This document shows, in pieces, positions 48,601 to 56,544 of a stretch of DNA of 64,000 nt. Position numbers and translations under genes: made by a program. The stretch comes from Alphaproteobacteria bacterium. Its GTDB lineage: Bacteria > Pseudomonadota > Alphaproteobacteria > Caedimonadales > UBA1908. The DNA lies in the NCBI GenBank assembly GCA_013911655.1, contig JACESU010000002.1, positions 330,112-394,111 of the forward strand, in the 5' to 3' direction. Positions within the stretch are counted from its first letter, which is position 1. Each line of letters opens with the position of its first letter. The notes below the pieces were generated by a model, which saw only the letters and a list, made by a program, of their open reading frames with translations, was not told where the DNA came from and ran no database searches.

Positions 48601-49851
48601 AGACTCAGAGAAAATTTTCTTTTCAAAAAGGTCTCGCAGGAAAATTGCTTTTTCGCGCCTCTCTTGTTGAGGATCCAATTTTTGAGTGCGCACGGCCGTA
48701 TCCTCAAGGACACTGCGCTGAGAAAAGACAGGAGACCCTTGAACTGTTGCCTTTCCAGAAAAGTAAACACCCCTTAAAAAGAAGCTTTCATGATAAGAAC
48801 TGTCTTTGAAAATACCATTAAGGTATGCGCCGATTCCCTCTTTTAAAGAAAAAAACTCTAATGGAAAAAGAAGGGTGCCGTCGCGTTCGCTACGGACTTG
48901 CCCTTCGGCAAAGACTTCAGATCGCAACCTGTTGAGAGAGCGATGCAAGTGATCGAAAATATCGTCAACCCAGTCAGGACCGTAAGTCGCATCAATGGCG
49001 TAGGGAGAGGACCAACCAAACATTTCGTTGTAAGCTGTGGCTGGAAGTTCCGTTGCAAAGCTTTTAAAACCTGGCACCAGATCACACTTGGTAATGACCA
49101 TATATACGGGTAGGCGCATTCCTGTGACGGATTGAAGACTCCAAAGTTTGGTATAAATATGTTTGGCGCGCTCAAGGAGCTCTATTTGTTCAAGTCGCGT
49201 TGGGCCATAAATTTCTGAGGCAGGGATTGTGATCACAAGGCCGTCTAAAGGGCGTCTTGCGCGGTAGCGATTTAAAAGCCTTAGAAGACGAGTCCATACT
49301 TCGTTATTCGAGGTAATTTCTTTATCCCGAAGGAAGCAATCGCCGTTCACCTCGAGGACAACACCTCGGTCATAAAAGGACCATTGTACGCCCGTAATTT
49401 GTGTGTCAACGCTATAGGTGGGTTTCCCAATGGGAAGCTCTAAATCTAGATCATTCAAGATTTCTGATTTTCCTGACTGATCAGAGCCTACGACCATATA
49501 CCAAGGAAGCGTGTACTCGGGATGACGATCAGGGAGGTATTCCTTTAAGATTTTAAGAGTTTGCTTAAAGGAAAGCGCTTGATCATCATTGGGTTCCCAC
49601 CGCCAACGGCCCCACAGCCTTTGGAACCATCCCTTAATGCCTTTAAGGTGCTCTTGCGTATGCTCTAGGCGCTCGGAAAAAGTTGGTTTAGCGCCTGCGG
49701 GTCTTGCCAGTGCTTGACGTTTTCTTGATTGGGCAAGGGCTTTTTTACCTACAACCACAAGAAGAATCACGATAAGGACGGCAAGAACAAGGGCGCCGAT
49801 GAGGATAAGAGGAAGATATGTCTGATATCCTTGAAGAAGTTGTGCCAACAC
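45619..49851 (-). CDS. tssM: Type VI secretion membrane protein TssM (IcmF)
   Basis: LPWYMVVGSDQSGKS, RRPLDGLV, LPVYM.ITKCDL.PGF, LRGVYFSG, F....AGRFPF, GRWALIRL. Confidence 0.92.
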   Translation of the reverse strand: MLAQLLQGYQTYLPLILIGALVLAVLIVILLVVVGKKALAQSRKRQALARPAGAKPTFSERLEHTQEHLKGIKGWFQRLWGRWRWEPNDDQALSFKQTLKILKEYLPDRHPEYTLPWYMVVGSDQSGKSEILNDLDLELPIGKPTYSVDTQITGVQWSFYDRGVVLEVNGDCFLRDKEITSNNEVWTRLLRLLNRYRARRPLDGLVITIPASEIYGPTRLEQIELLERAKHIYTKLWSLQSVTGMRLPVYMVITKCDLVPGFKSFATELPATAYNEMFGWSSPYAIDATYGPDWVDDIFDHLHRSLNRLRSEVFAEGQVRSERDGTLLFPLEFFSLKEGIGAYLNGIFKDSSYHESFFLRGVYFSGKATVQGSPVFSQRSVLEDTAVRTQKLDPQQERREKAIFLRDLFEKKIFSESSLARPVRRILLSTNRLLNFTKIASVVVAVGWIVGVMQNYRYIESGNQTLMPSLKRIDSALQGIDQLGGYQDTPRFREYLNQQANSVLEGFSDLAPVSSFAFFMPTSWFSNIDDHIQDAFTIGYDHIILPSLYSALLKKAEEVVSIGHIDYKNDLRTPFVNPAYSPAFKALDGYVGDVVQLEKQVSNFNELDVTSSVENLGILVRYLFNRDLPKNFFNHTEYYKRALSRIIDRNIDLTHFRVAAGQKLGILFKNFIATSFDVQRNFPLFEKLKRDITNWEDTKILHHLHAGDLRKTTERAITVADIIASGDLAWIDNTIFEPSPSYVQMKNDISASHLLGPDLTAELTRIADREFLTFKLHLSDLKTKLTGTFFNIADNRLVGEPSPGLVAVIDALSQYLNEKFMITIGKKSLSTKLDGARLLFWDEDTLQKAEEYADAYQSYLQKHLPTALADLQDLFKIVGLNSTKDIVTALIANAQTFQDNPLNSLGFGAQEILHAQVQNVAAAVPHFTKLLGMYDNGGFVNNGVVLRELLVKQNYDILERIEKLLESDNLYNAKEEAFEWWDGSPLVGLKAFGVHTISDMRTYLTAQRFQIAFLAKEMAEPILTLLSLGYLEDVPYDLPLATKWSHIASILSDYEKQSPGNSLKILEQFLTYDINELSLENCTLDADDFDGGDYFLEIRNRYATSLQDRCETLRGRKALERYNRAATFFNVNLAGRFPFTKRIKQDAQSDADPDDVITFFQLFDSLSTKDIEILKRLSRSSAAKDSLAAFISKIESVRPLMLASLDKGTDKQIPNVKIDVAFRTNRKEERGGNKIIDWSMDFGTGQIDFRGSEMTGKWRVGAPVDVNLTWALDSDNVPISDPRNPSLDVVGPNAIFSYEGRWALIRLVREHATDEGKFDQSLAPAPLTLEFLVPTAYNKACYQGEPPLKMDRKSEPTRVFCQLSMHIPVTTQLEGPDGLTVTELKRIGMPRFPYEAPVVEPVPLKRRKQD

Positions 49852-49860
49852 AGATCCCTC

Positions 49861-50664
49861 CTATTTCTTCGTTAAGTTGAGGATGCGTGTGCTCACAGTC
49901 GACACGTCCTCGATGGCACGTTCCCACACCAAATGTGAGAAAAGAAAAATGACAAAAAACACAGACGCAATGCTTGTGTACCAAAGGCGCCTGTCCTGCA
50001 TTTGCTCTTTATCACCGGTTGCCAGTGTATGGGCGTAGCTGTCTGGGAAAAGGCGTTCTTTTCCCGCCAAAAGAGCAGGCGTTCGGTGATTAATAAACAC
50101 GTAAAGTTGTCGTCGCCACTCGGCTAGGCGCCCATCGTCATTGATATTTCTAAATTTTCCTTGGAACCCCAGACCAAGGGCAAGCAAGTACACCTCTGCC
50201 AAATCTTTTCGCAGAATATCTCGTTCAGCTAGAAATTGATCAAGTCTTCTAAAAAAGAGATCACCCGCATCGTGCGTGCCAAAAAGGCGTGACTCTAACA
50301 GATGGTCTTCCCAATACTGACGCCCCTCCCAAGAAAGGTTGAGAAAAACCTCATCGGCAAGGGCAGCCATGACAAATTGCGCCTCTTGATAGTAGGTGCT
50401 GCCAAACTCGCCGCCCATGCGGGTGGCTTGGATCGCTTGTCGGTCGAGCATTTGATATAGTTTATCTGTAATAGCCTGAGCGCTGGTCGCAACGTCCATC
50501 TCAGCTGCACCTGGCGCATCGGAAAACGCATCGGGTCGTTTCCATTGGCCCGAACGGATACGATCTTTTTGGCGCGAGACTTCAGTGTAAAACTCTTCAA
50601 AATATCTTAAGACAAACGAGCCATCTCTGTCTCCCACCCGCCTAAGCTGTAGCGTTTGCGCCAT
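49861..50664 (-). CDS. tssL: Type VI secretion protein TssL (DotU), without OmpA domain
   Basis: AALADEVFL, LE..LFGTHDAG..FF, EVY...L.LGFQGKF, single C-terminal TM. Confidence 0.93.
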   Translation of the reverse strand: MAQTLQLRRVGDRDGSFVLRYFEEFYTEVSRQKDRIRSGQWKRPDAFSDAPGAAEMDVATSAQAITDKLYQMLDRQAIQATRMGGEFGSTYYQEAQFVMAALADEVFLNLSWEGRQYWEDHLLESRLFGTHDAGDLFFRRLDQFLAERDILRKDLAEVYLLALGLGFQGKFRNINDDGRLAEWRRQLYVFINHRTPALLAGKERLFPDSYAHTLATGDKEQMQDRRLWYTSIASVFFVIFLFSHLVWERAIEDVSTVSTRILNLTKK

Positions 50665-50747
50665 CTTTTGCTCCCTTGTTTTCCCCCGTTAAGGTGGAAT
50701 TTTATTAAAAAGTAACTTAAACAGTAGCTAAATTGTGTTAATTTTTT

Positions 50748-52094
50748 CTAAAAATACGTATCCCTTGTTCTTTTGGGAACGTACATCACGATCTCAACAG
50801 GACGTGTGGCGTCGGTATCTGCCACGTTAAAGATCTGGAGTGTTTCGTTGGAATCGATAAAGCTGCGATCATAAAGAACCGAAAAGAGCACAACGCCTCT
50901 GGCAGGAAGCAGCCCCATATCTTCATTCGCCTCGATAAGCGTACGGGTGGCGCCAAGGATACGTTTGTCACGCACAGCTCCCACAAATCGGTCAGTGGCA
51001 ATGACAGCCTGTGTCAACCACTCGGCGACTTCTTTTTCACTCATGCCCGGCGCTGCCTTGACACCGAAAATAAGATGATCTTGCATCCACGCCTGTCGGA
51101 GGGGGAGTTTGAAAATCCGTTGGTCAAGGGTAAGGGCAATGACGTTATAGCCCTCTTGAATGCGGTCCAACATAGCATTGGTAAACCCTAAAGCTTCTTG
51201 AAAGGTTGGCATCATATCATCGTGACGATAGGTTGAAAAACTTGGTGGCATTTGTCCTGGATGAAGGGCTGTCATATCCCCTGCAAGGGAGCAAAGCTCA
51301 AGATACAAGTCATAAGGATGCGCGGCACCTGCCCGCAGCATGGCTTCAAAAGGCAGGAGACCTCTGGAAAGAGCGCGCACCGCGTCCTCGGCTTCAGCAG
51401 ACATAATATCGTCAGTTTGAGAGTTGAGTTTGTCGGCAAGGAATGAGATCTTTTGTCGCATGCGCTGGGCAAGATCGAGGCTAAGGGCGCCGATGGGGTG
51501 ATCGGGGGTAATGGAAAGAAAAGGAGGGCAGTAATCTCCAGAAATGGAGTAACTATTCGAAACATAAGCTATTTTTAACACGGGAAAGCTAATATATTGC
51601 CCTGAAGAAACGTCTCCTGTTAACAAAAGAAGGTTAGGCTTAAGGGTTGGGAAGCGAAGCTGCCCTTCACCGGTATTCTCGTCAACAACAACATCGCTTT
51701 CCTGGGAAAGGTAGCGCGGTAAGTCATTATTGACGTTCGCGGCATTGGGTCTGTAGATGGGAACAGCCAAGTGAAGCATGAGCGTCTTATCGGCTTGCTT
51801 TAGAATCAGATCGTTAATGTCGATTTCTAAAGGGCGCCCTTCTTCTTCACGCACACTGACGATGGTGCCATCGGGCATGACGGCTTGCAGAGCTGTGAAG
51901 CTCACAACACCTGTGACTAGTTTAGCCGAATCGATTTTGCACGATACAATTCCCCAATAAAAAGGCGATGCATTGGACATATGAAAATGAAAGAGCTGAT
52001 CAAGACGTCGATCGTTTTGCTGAAAGTGCTCAGGCATAAGCAGCATGCCTTCATGCCATTGCAGTGCAGGAGCGATGGGGTAAGTCGTTGCCAT
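50748..52094 (-). CDS. tssK: Type VI secretion baseplate subunit TssK
   Basis: WHEGMLL.PEHFQQ, YWGI, VMPDGT, HP..LY..L..LAG, Y.HDD. Confidence 0.93.
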   Translation of the reverse strand: MATTYPIAPALQWHEGMLLMPEHFQQNDRRLDQLFHFHMSNASPFYWGIVSCKIDSAKLVTGVVSFTALQAVMPDGTIVSVREEEGRPLEIDINDLILKQADKTLMLHLAVPIYRPNAANVNNDLPRYLSQESDVVVDENTGEGQLRFPTLKPNLLLLTGDVSSGQYISFPVLKIAYVSNSYSISGDYCPPFLSITPDHPIGALSLDLAQRMRQKISFLADKLNSQTDDIMSAEAEDAVRALSRGLLPFEAMLRAGAAHPYDLYLELCSLAGDMTALHPGQMPPSFSTYRHDDMMPTFQEALGFTNAMLDRIQEGYNVIALTLDQRIFKLPLRQAWMQDHLIFGVKAAPGMSEKEVAEWLTQAVIATDRFVGAVRDKRILGATRTLIEANEDMGLLPARGVVLFSVLYDRSFIDSNETLQIFNVADTDATRPVEIVMYVPKRTRDTYF

Positions 52095-52119
52095 AATGTT
52101 ATCTAACCTCCCTGGTCAT

Positions 52120-52779
52120 TTATTTAAGCATTTTTTGAAGTTGTGAAACCTCACCTTTAAGTTGTTTCGCCGTCGACATGCCTTGTTTGAGGGCATCTTT
52201 TCCCTTGGAAAGGTTGCCAGCCATGGCGCCCGCACTTGGATCTTCTGGGGCGTCCCGTGACGCAATGGCTTGATGTCTTGGGTCGGCACTACATCCTTGT
52301 TCAAGGACACAGAAATCGAATTTCTTCATGCGGACGTGGGCATGCGCTTGCTGTGCAAGACGAATGCGGTGATCGCCCTTTGCAAGATAATCTCCAAAAA
52401 GCACAGCGCCTACAGGCTCGTCTGAGCGTTGTTGAATAGGATAGTCCCTGACGACCTGACCGGGAGTGAGCTCCCAATGCCAAATATCCACCATATCGGG
52501 ATAATCCCTTTTGACTTGCATATGTGACTCAAAATAATCTTTGGATTTCATCTTCATAAGGGTTTTCATAAGCTCTTCGTTGTAGACAACCAGAAGATCA
52601 ATGGCCACGGCAGAGTTTTGATTGGCATCAGAATCAAGAGAGATATCAATGGCTGTGATACAAGGCGTATGAGCCTCTTCCTTTTTTTGAAAAACGCTCA
52701 TATTTTGACATCCTGTAAGCAAAAGACCCAAGGCGGCTCCTGCGATTTTTGTCTTCCGATTCGATCTCGTTTGCATCAT
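52120..52779 (-). CDS. tssJ: Type VI secretion lipoprotein TssJ
   Basis: Lipobox LLTGC; DANQNSAVAIDL, WELTPGQ, LFGDY...G.HR; directly upstream of tssK. Confidence 0.8.
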   Translation of the reverse strand: MMQTRSNRKTKIAGAALGLLLTGCQNMSVFQKKEEAHTPCITAIDISLDSDANQNSAVAIDLLVVYNEELMKTLMKMKSKDYFESHMQVKRDYPDMVDIWHWELTPGQVVRDYPIQQRSDEPVGAVLFGDYLAKGDHRIRLAQQAHAHVRMKKFDFCVLEQGCSADPRHQAIASRDAPEDPSAGAMAGNLSKGKDALKQGMSTAKQLKGEVSQLQKMLK

Positions 52780-52794
52780 GGGTTTCGTGTCCTT

Positions 52795-53856
52795 TTACAT
52801 AGAGGGGCCAAACAGGATGACACGTGCAGGAAGCTGCCACTGTTTCCCTAAAAGGGCGGCGGCGTCCCGGGCATCCTGATAATTGGAGAACTGACCAACT
52901 TTAACAACATATTTGACCTGACCATCGGAGGTTTGCTCTTTGACCATATAAGCGCCAAATCCTTGATCGCGAAGTTGTTGGGCAAAAGAAAGGGCTTCGT
53001 CACTGAATAAAGATTCTTGAGCAAGAATGGTATAGGTTGCTTGACGTTGCATGGTATCTGAGGGTTTAAGCGTTGCACCAGCAGGGCCGTTTTCAGCCGC
53101 ATTTGGGGTATTTGCGCCTGCACCGGTGCTGCCTCCTTGTGAGGAGGTCTGCGCCTGCGAACCTGTTCTTCGAACTGATAGAGGATCATTGGCAAAGGTT
53201 TGGTTGGTGGCTGACTGGGCAAGGCCTGTCGTGATGGGAGCGACGGCCGCGCCTAAATAGGGGCCGAGCGCCGAGCGAATTTCTGTATTTACTTTACTAA
53301 GCGCCCGCGTAATGAAATTTCTTGCCTGACTTTTAGACTCGCGTACTGTGCGCATTTCAGCGTCTGCCAAAAGATCTCGAGGCGCGTTAGACCGGATAAA
53401 GGCTTGTCTGTTGGCATAGGACGTGGTGACAGGCGCGCTGATGGGCGGGGCTTGGGCGATGTCTTGAGAGGCCCGTGAGGCGCCGTAGGGCCCCATGTAC
53501 TCTTTGGAAAGATCACTGACAGGTCGGGGCGGAAAGGTCGTGTAACAGGTCAAAAACCCAACAGCGAAAATGAGAACACTCGCCAACAAAAACAAAAGAA
53601 ACACAAAGAAACTTCTAAGCTTTCCCATGAAAAGGCGTCCTTTTGCTGGTGGTGGTTCTAAATGCTGAGCTGTTTTCGCGGCCACTCGGTCGAGGTCTTG
53701 TTTGATCTTTTCTTGGGCACTGAGCGTGGGTGAAGATGGAGACCTGGGAGCGACCGGAGGAGTGCCAGCAAAAGTGAGATCTTGAGAGGTCTTGAGGCTG
53801 CGCATGAGGGCGCGCTGCCTGATGAAGCCTTGCAAGATGTCTGCTTTTGGGTTCAC
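52795..53856 (-). CDS. Membrane-anchored SPOR-domain protein, first gene of the tss operon
   Basis: One TM (FFVFLLFLLASVLIFAVGFL); C-terminal A..FAQQLRDQGF.AY..YVVKVGQFSNYQDA..AA..L is SPOR-like; 15 bp from tssJ. Confidence 0.78.
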   Translation of the reverse strand: MNPKADILQGFIRQRALMRSLKTSQDLTFAGTPPVAPRSPSSPTLSAQEKIKQDLDRVAAKTAQHLEPPPAKGRLFMGKLRSFFVFLLFLLASVLIFAVGFLTCYTTFPPRPVSDLSKEYMGPYGASRASQDIAQAPPISAPVTTSYANRQAFIRSNAPRDLLADAEMRTVRESKSQARNFITRALSKVNTEIRSALGPYLGAAVAPITTGLAQSATNQTFANDPLSVRRTGSQAQTSSQGGSTGAGANTPNAAENGPAGATLKPSDTMQRQATYTILAQESLFSDEALSFAQQLRDQGFGAYMVKEQTSDGQVKYVVKVGQFSNYQDARDAAALLGKQWQLPARVILFGPSM

Positions 53857-53984
53857 TCAACGTGCCCTCCCTTATATGTTTTCATAAAAGAGTAGCACGA
53901 CAAAATGAGACTGCGCAATGGGTCTAATGACAGACAATTTCTTCAAAAGTATAAGGAAATTGGCAAAATAGGGACGCTAAAAAG

Positions 53985-53999
53985 TTAAAAAATAGTTAG
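53985..53999. promoter_or_regulatory. CtrA-box-like site upstream of the SPOR-tss operon
   Basis: TTAA-AAAATAG-TTAG (reverse strand CTAA-N7-TTAAC), one mismatch to TTAA-N7-TTAA. Confidence 0.35.
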
Positions 54000-54034
54000 C
54001 ATTTCAAAAAAAACTTTAAAATTCAAAATAATGT

Positions 54035-55075
54035 TTAATCTGGTTTTAGCGATTTTTCTAGGAGCTTGTGACGCACAAGCAGCTCTGCGATTTGAACGGC
54101 GTTTAAAGCAGCGCCTTTGCGTAAGTTATCGCAAGTGAGCCAAAAAGTAAGCTCGGTCGGCGTCTTAGGGTCTTGCCGAAGCCTGCTGATATATACCGCG
54201 TCCTCACCCGCAATATCAAGGGGGGTCGCGTAAAGTTCCTTGCTGGCGCTGTCATAAAGTTGAATACTTTTTTCGGCTGAAAATCTTTCTCTTGCGGCGC
54301 TTAGCGGCAGGGGTTTTTCAAAGGTGGCATGGACTGAGGCAGCGTGCCCGTTAAACACAGGGACGCGCACACAGGTGGGGGTAACTTGCAGGCTTGGGTG
54401 AATGATTTTTTTAAGTTCACTCATGATTTTATGTTCTTCACCCGTAAAGCCGTCATGTTCAATGCGGTCAATTTGAGGGATCACATTAAAGGCGATGGGC
54501 TTGGAGAAAACCTCAGGTGTGAGGGCTTCTGCCACGTAGGTTGCTTTTGTTTGTAGATAAAGCTCGTCCATGGCTTCTTTGCCAGCGCCCGAAACGGACT
54601 GATAGGTTGAGACCACGACTTTTTTCAAGGAGTTACCTTGGGCAAGGGTTTGCAAAGACAAGGCAAGAGGCACCACCACGCAGTTGGGGTTAGCGATGAG
54701 GCGCTTTTTAGCAGCCCAAGAAAGGGTGCCCGCATTAATTTCTGGTACCATCAACGGTACGTGGGGATCCATCCTAAAGGCAGAAGATTTATCAATGATA
54801 TACGCCTTAGAGGTTCCTTGAATGTGCGGAATATGTTTTTGGGCAAGGGCGTCCGAAGCGCAGAAAAAGACAAGATCAATTTGGGAAAAATCAAAGGTAT
54901 CTAGGAATTCTAAAGGGACGGTTTCTTTTTCGCCAAAGGATACGCTTTTACCCACAGAGCGCTCGGAGCCCAAGGCATGAAGCTTTTCAACGGGAAAGTC
55001 ACGTTCGCTTAAAATATCAAGAAGGACGCGTCCCACATTTCCCGTGGCCCCCACAACAGCAAGACGGTATGACAT
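54035..55075 (-). CDS. asd: Aspartate-semialdehyde dehydrogenase
   Basis: VVGATGNVG, IANPNC, STYQSVSGAG, CVRVPVF.GH, DNLRKGAALNAVQIAE. Confidence 0.96.
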   Translation of the reverse strand: MSYRLAVVGATGNVGRVLLDILSERDFPVEKLHALGSERSVGKSVSFGEKETVPLEFLDTFDFSQIDLVFFCASDALAQKHIPHIQGTSKAYIIDKSSAFRMDPHVPLMVPEINAGTLSWAAKKRLIANPNCVVVPLALSLQTLAQGNSLKKVVVSTYQSVSGAGKEAMDELYLQTKATYVAEALTPEVFSKPIAFNVIPQIDRIEHDGFTGEEHKIMSELKKIIHPSLQVTPTCVRVPVFNGHAASVHATFEKPLPLSAARERFSAEKSIQLYDSASKELYATPLDIAGEDAVYISRLRQDPKTPTELTFWLTCDNLRKGAALNAVQIAELLVRHKLLEKSLKPD

Positions 55076-55168
55076 AAGGCGCTCCCTTAGGGTTAAGACG
55101 ATCTTCAAGATATACGATGCTTATCAAAGCTGATGGAGGCACGCAAGGAGAAAGACGCAGGAGCCTTG

Positions 55169-55432
55169 TTAAAAAGCAGGGGCCGTTTTGCGTGTAAGCT
55201 GTGCACGAAGCGCCTCGTTCTTTGCCAAGTCCGCTTCATACCCTTGCTCAAGTTCTGCTTCCGTTGCGGTACTTTCAGCGTCAGGGGTAAAGGCCGGGCG
55301 GTCGGGCACGCTGTGAAGATCAGGATAATCGCCTTGGGGGGCGTCATCACCGTGGATGAGGGTAGATCCCACACACCCAGAGCACAGAAGAGCACCAAGA
55401 CAAGAAAGCAAGGGAAGGGTACGTGTGTTCAT
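55169..55432 (-). CDS. Small hypothetical lipoprotein
   Basis: Lipobox-like LCSGC; YPDLHSVP.RP; 3 bp downstream of hemB. Confidence 0.6.
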   Translation of the reverse strand: MNTRTLPLLSCLGALLCSGCVGSTLIHGDDAPQGDYPDLHSVPDRPAFTPDAESTATEAELEQGYEADLAKNEALRAQLTRKTAPAF

Positions 55433-55435
55433 TTT

Positions 55436-56437
55436 TTAAACCTCATTTAGCCACTGGGCCGCCTCAAGGGCGCTATAGGTAATAATAGCATCAGCGCCTG
55501 CGCGCTTAAAGCAAATCAATGTTTCAAGGAGCGTTCTTTTTTCATCAATGAAACCAGTGGCGGCAGCTGCCTTTAGCATCGCGTATTCGCCGCTTACGTG
55601 ATAGGCAAAGGTTGGTACCTGGAACGTTTCTTTGACGCGGTGAATGATATCAAGATAAAGGGTGCCAGGCTTAACAATGATGCTATCAGCGCCTTCTTGA
55701 AGGTCCTGCGCGACTTCTCGGATCGCCTCAGCGCCGTTACGTGGGTCCATTTGATAGCTTTTTTTATGGCCGCCTTTTAAGAAGCCTTGAGAATCAAGAA
55801 TCTCTCGAAAAGGACCATAAAGGGCCGAGCAGTATTTGGCCGCGTAGGAACAAATCCCCACTTGGTCATGGCCATTTTGATCAAGAATTTGGCGGATGGC
55901 CGCGACCCGTCCGTCCATCATGTCCGAGGGCGAAATGATGTCGGCGCCCGCCTGGGCCTGCATCAATGCAACCTTGGCGAGGAGCTCTGTTGTCGTATCA
56001 TTGTGAACGTCGCCGTCTTTGATAAGGCCGTCATGGCCGTGACTCGTATAAGGATCAAGGGCAAGATCAGCCATGAGCCCCATGTCAGGGGCAAGCTCTT
56101 TGATGCGCGCGAGCGCTTTGAAGACAAGGGCGCTGTCCTTAAGGGACTCGGACCCCGCCTCATCGCGAAGCTCGGGGGGAATCACAGGAAAAAGAAGCAC
56201 CGTACGAATGCCAAGGGCGCGCGCGCGCGCGAGCGCTTCGTCAAGTTCCTCAAGGGTATAGCGCCTAACGCCAGGCATGGACGAAACAGTTGGGGCCGCG
56301 TCCTTTTCCCGGACAAAAAGAGGCCACACGAGGTCCTTGTGGCTAAGGGATGTCTCTGCCACCAAATCACGAAGCCACTCAAACCGTCGGTTGCGTCTCA
56401 GTCTGGCGGTGGGATAGGGGGAGAGTGTCATGGTCAT
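55436..56437 (-). CDS. hemB: Porphobilinogen synthase
   Basis: RLRRNR, ALDPYTSHGHDG (Asp-type, non-Zn), PSDMMDGRV, VKPG, YHVSGEYAM. Confidence 0.97.
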   Translation of the reverse strand: MTMTLSPYPTARLRRNRRFEWLRDLVAETSLSHKDLVWPLFVREKDAAPTVSSMPGVRRYTLEELDEALARARALGIRTVLLFPVIPPELRDEAGSESLKDSALVFKALARIKELAPDMGLMADLALDPYTSHGHDGLIKDGDVHNDTTTELLAKVALMQAQAGADIISPSDMMDGRVAAIRQILDQNGHDQVGICSYAAKYCSALYGPFREILDSQGFLKGGHKKSYQMDPRNGAEAIREVAQDLQEGADSIIVKPGTLYLDIIHRVKETFQVPTFAYHVSGEYAMLKAAAATGFIDEKRTLLETLICFKRAGADAIITYSALEAAQWLNEV

Positions 56438-56508
56438 GGGGCGCTCCTAAAACAGTTATGGCACAACTTTAACATAAGGCGCGTGAAGGAAAAAGATGGA
56501 TCGAAAGC

Positions 56509-56538
56509 CCTGAGGCCTTCCTCGAGGAAGGCCTCAGG
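56509..56538. repeat. Perfect 30-bp palindrome downstream of etfA
   Basis: CCTGAGGCCTTCCTCGAGGAAGGCCTCAGG is self-complementary. Confidence 0.8.
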
Positions 56539-56544
56539 AAAGGG

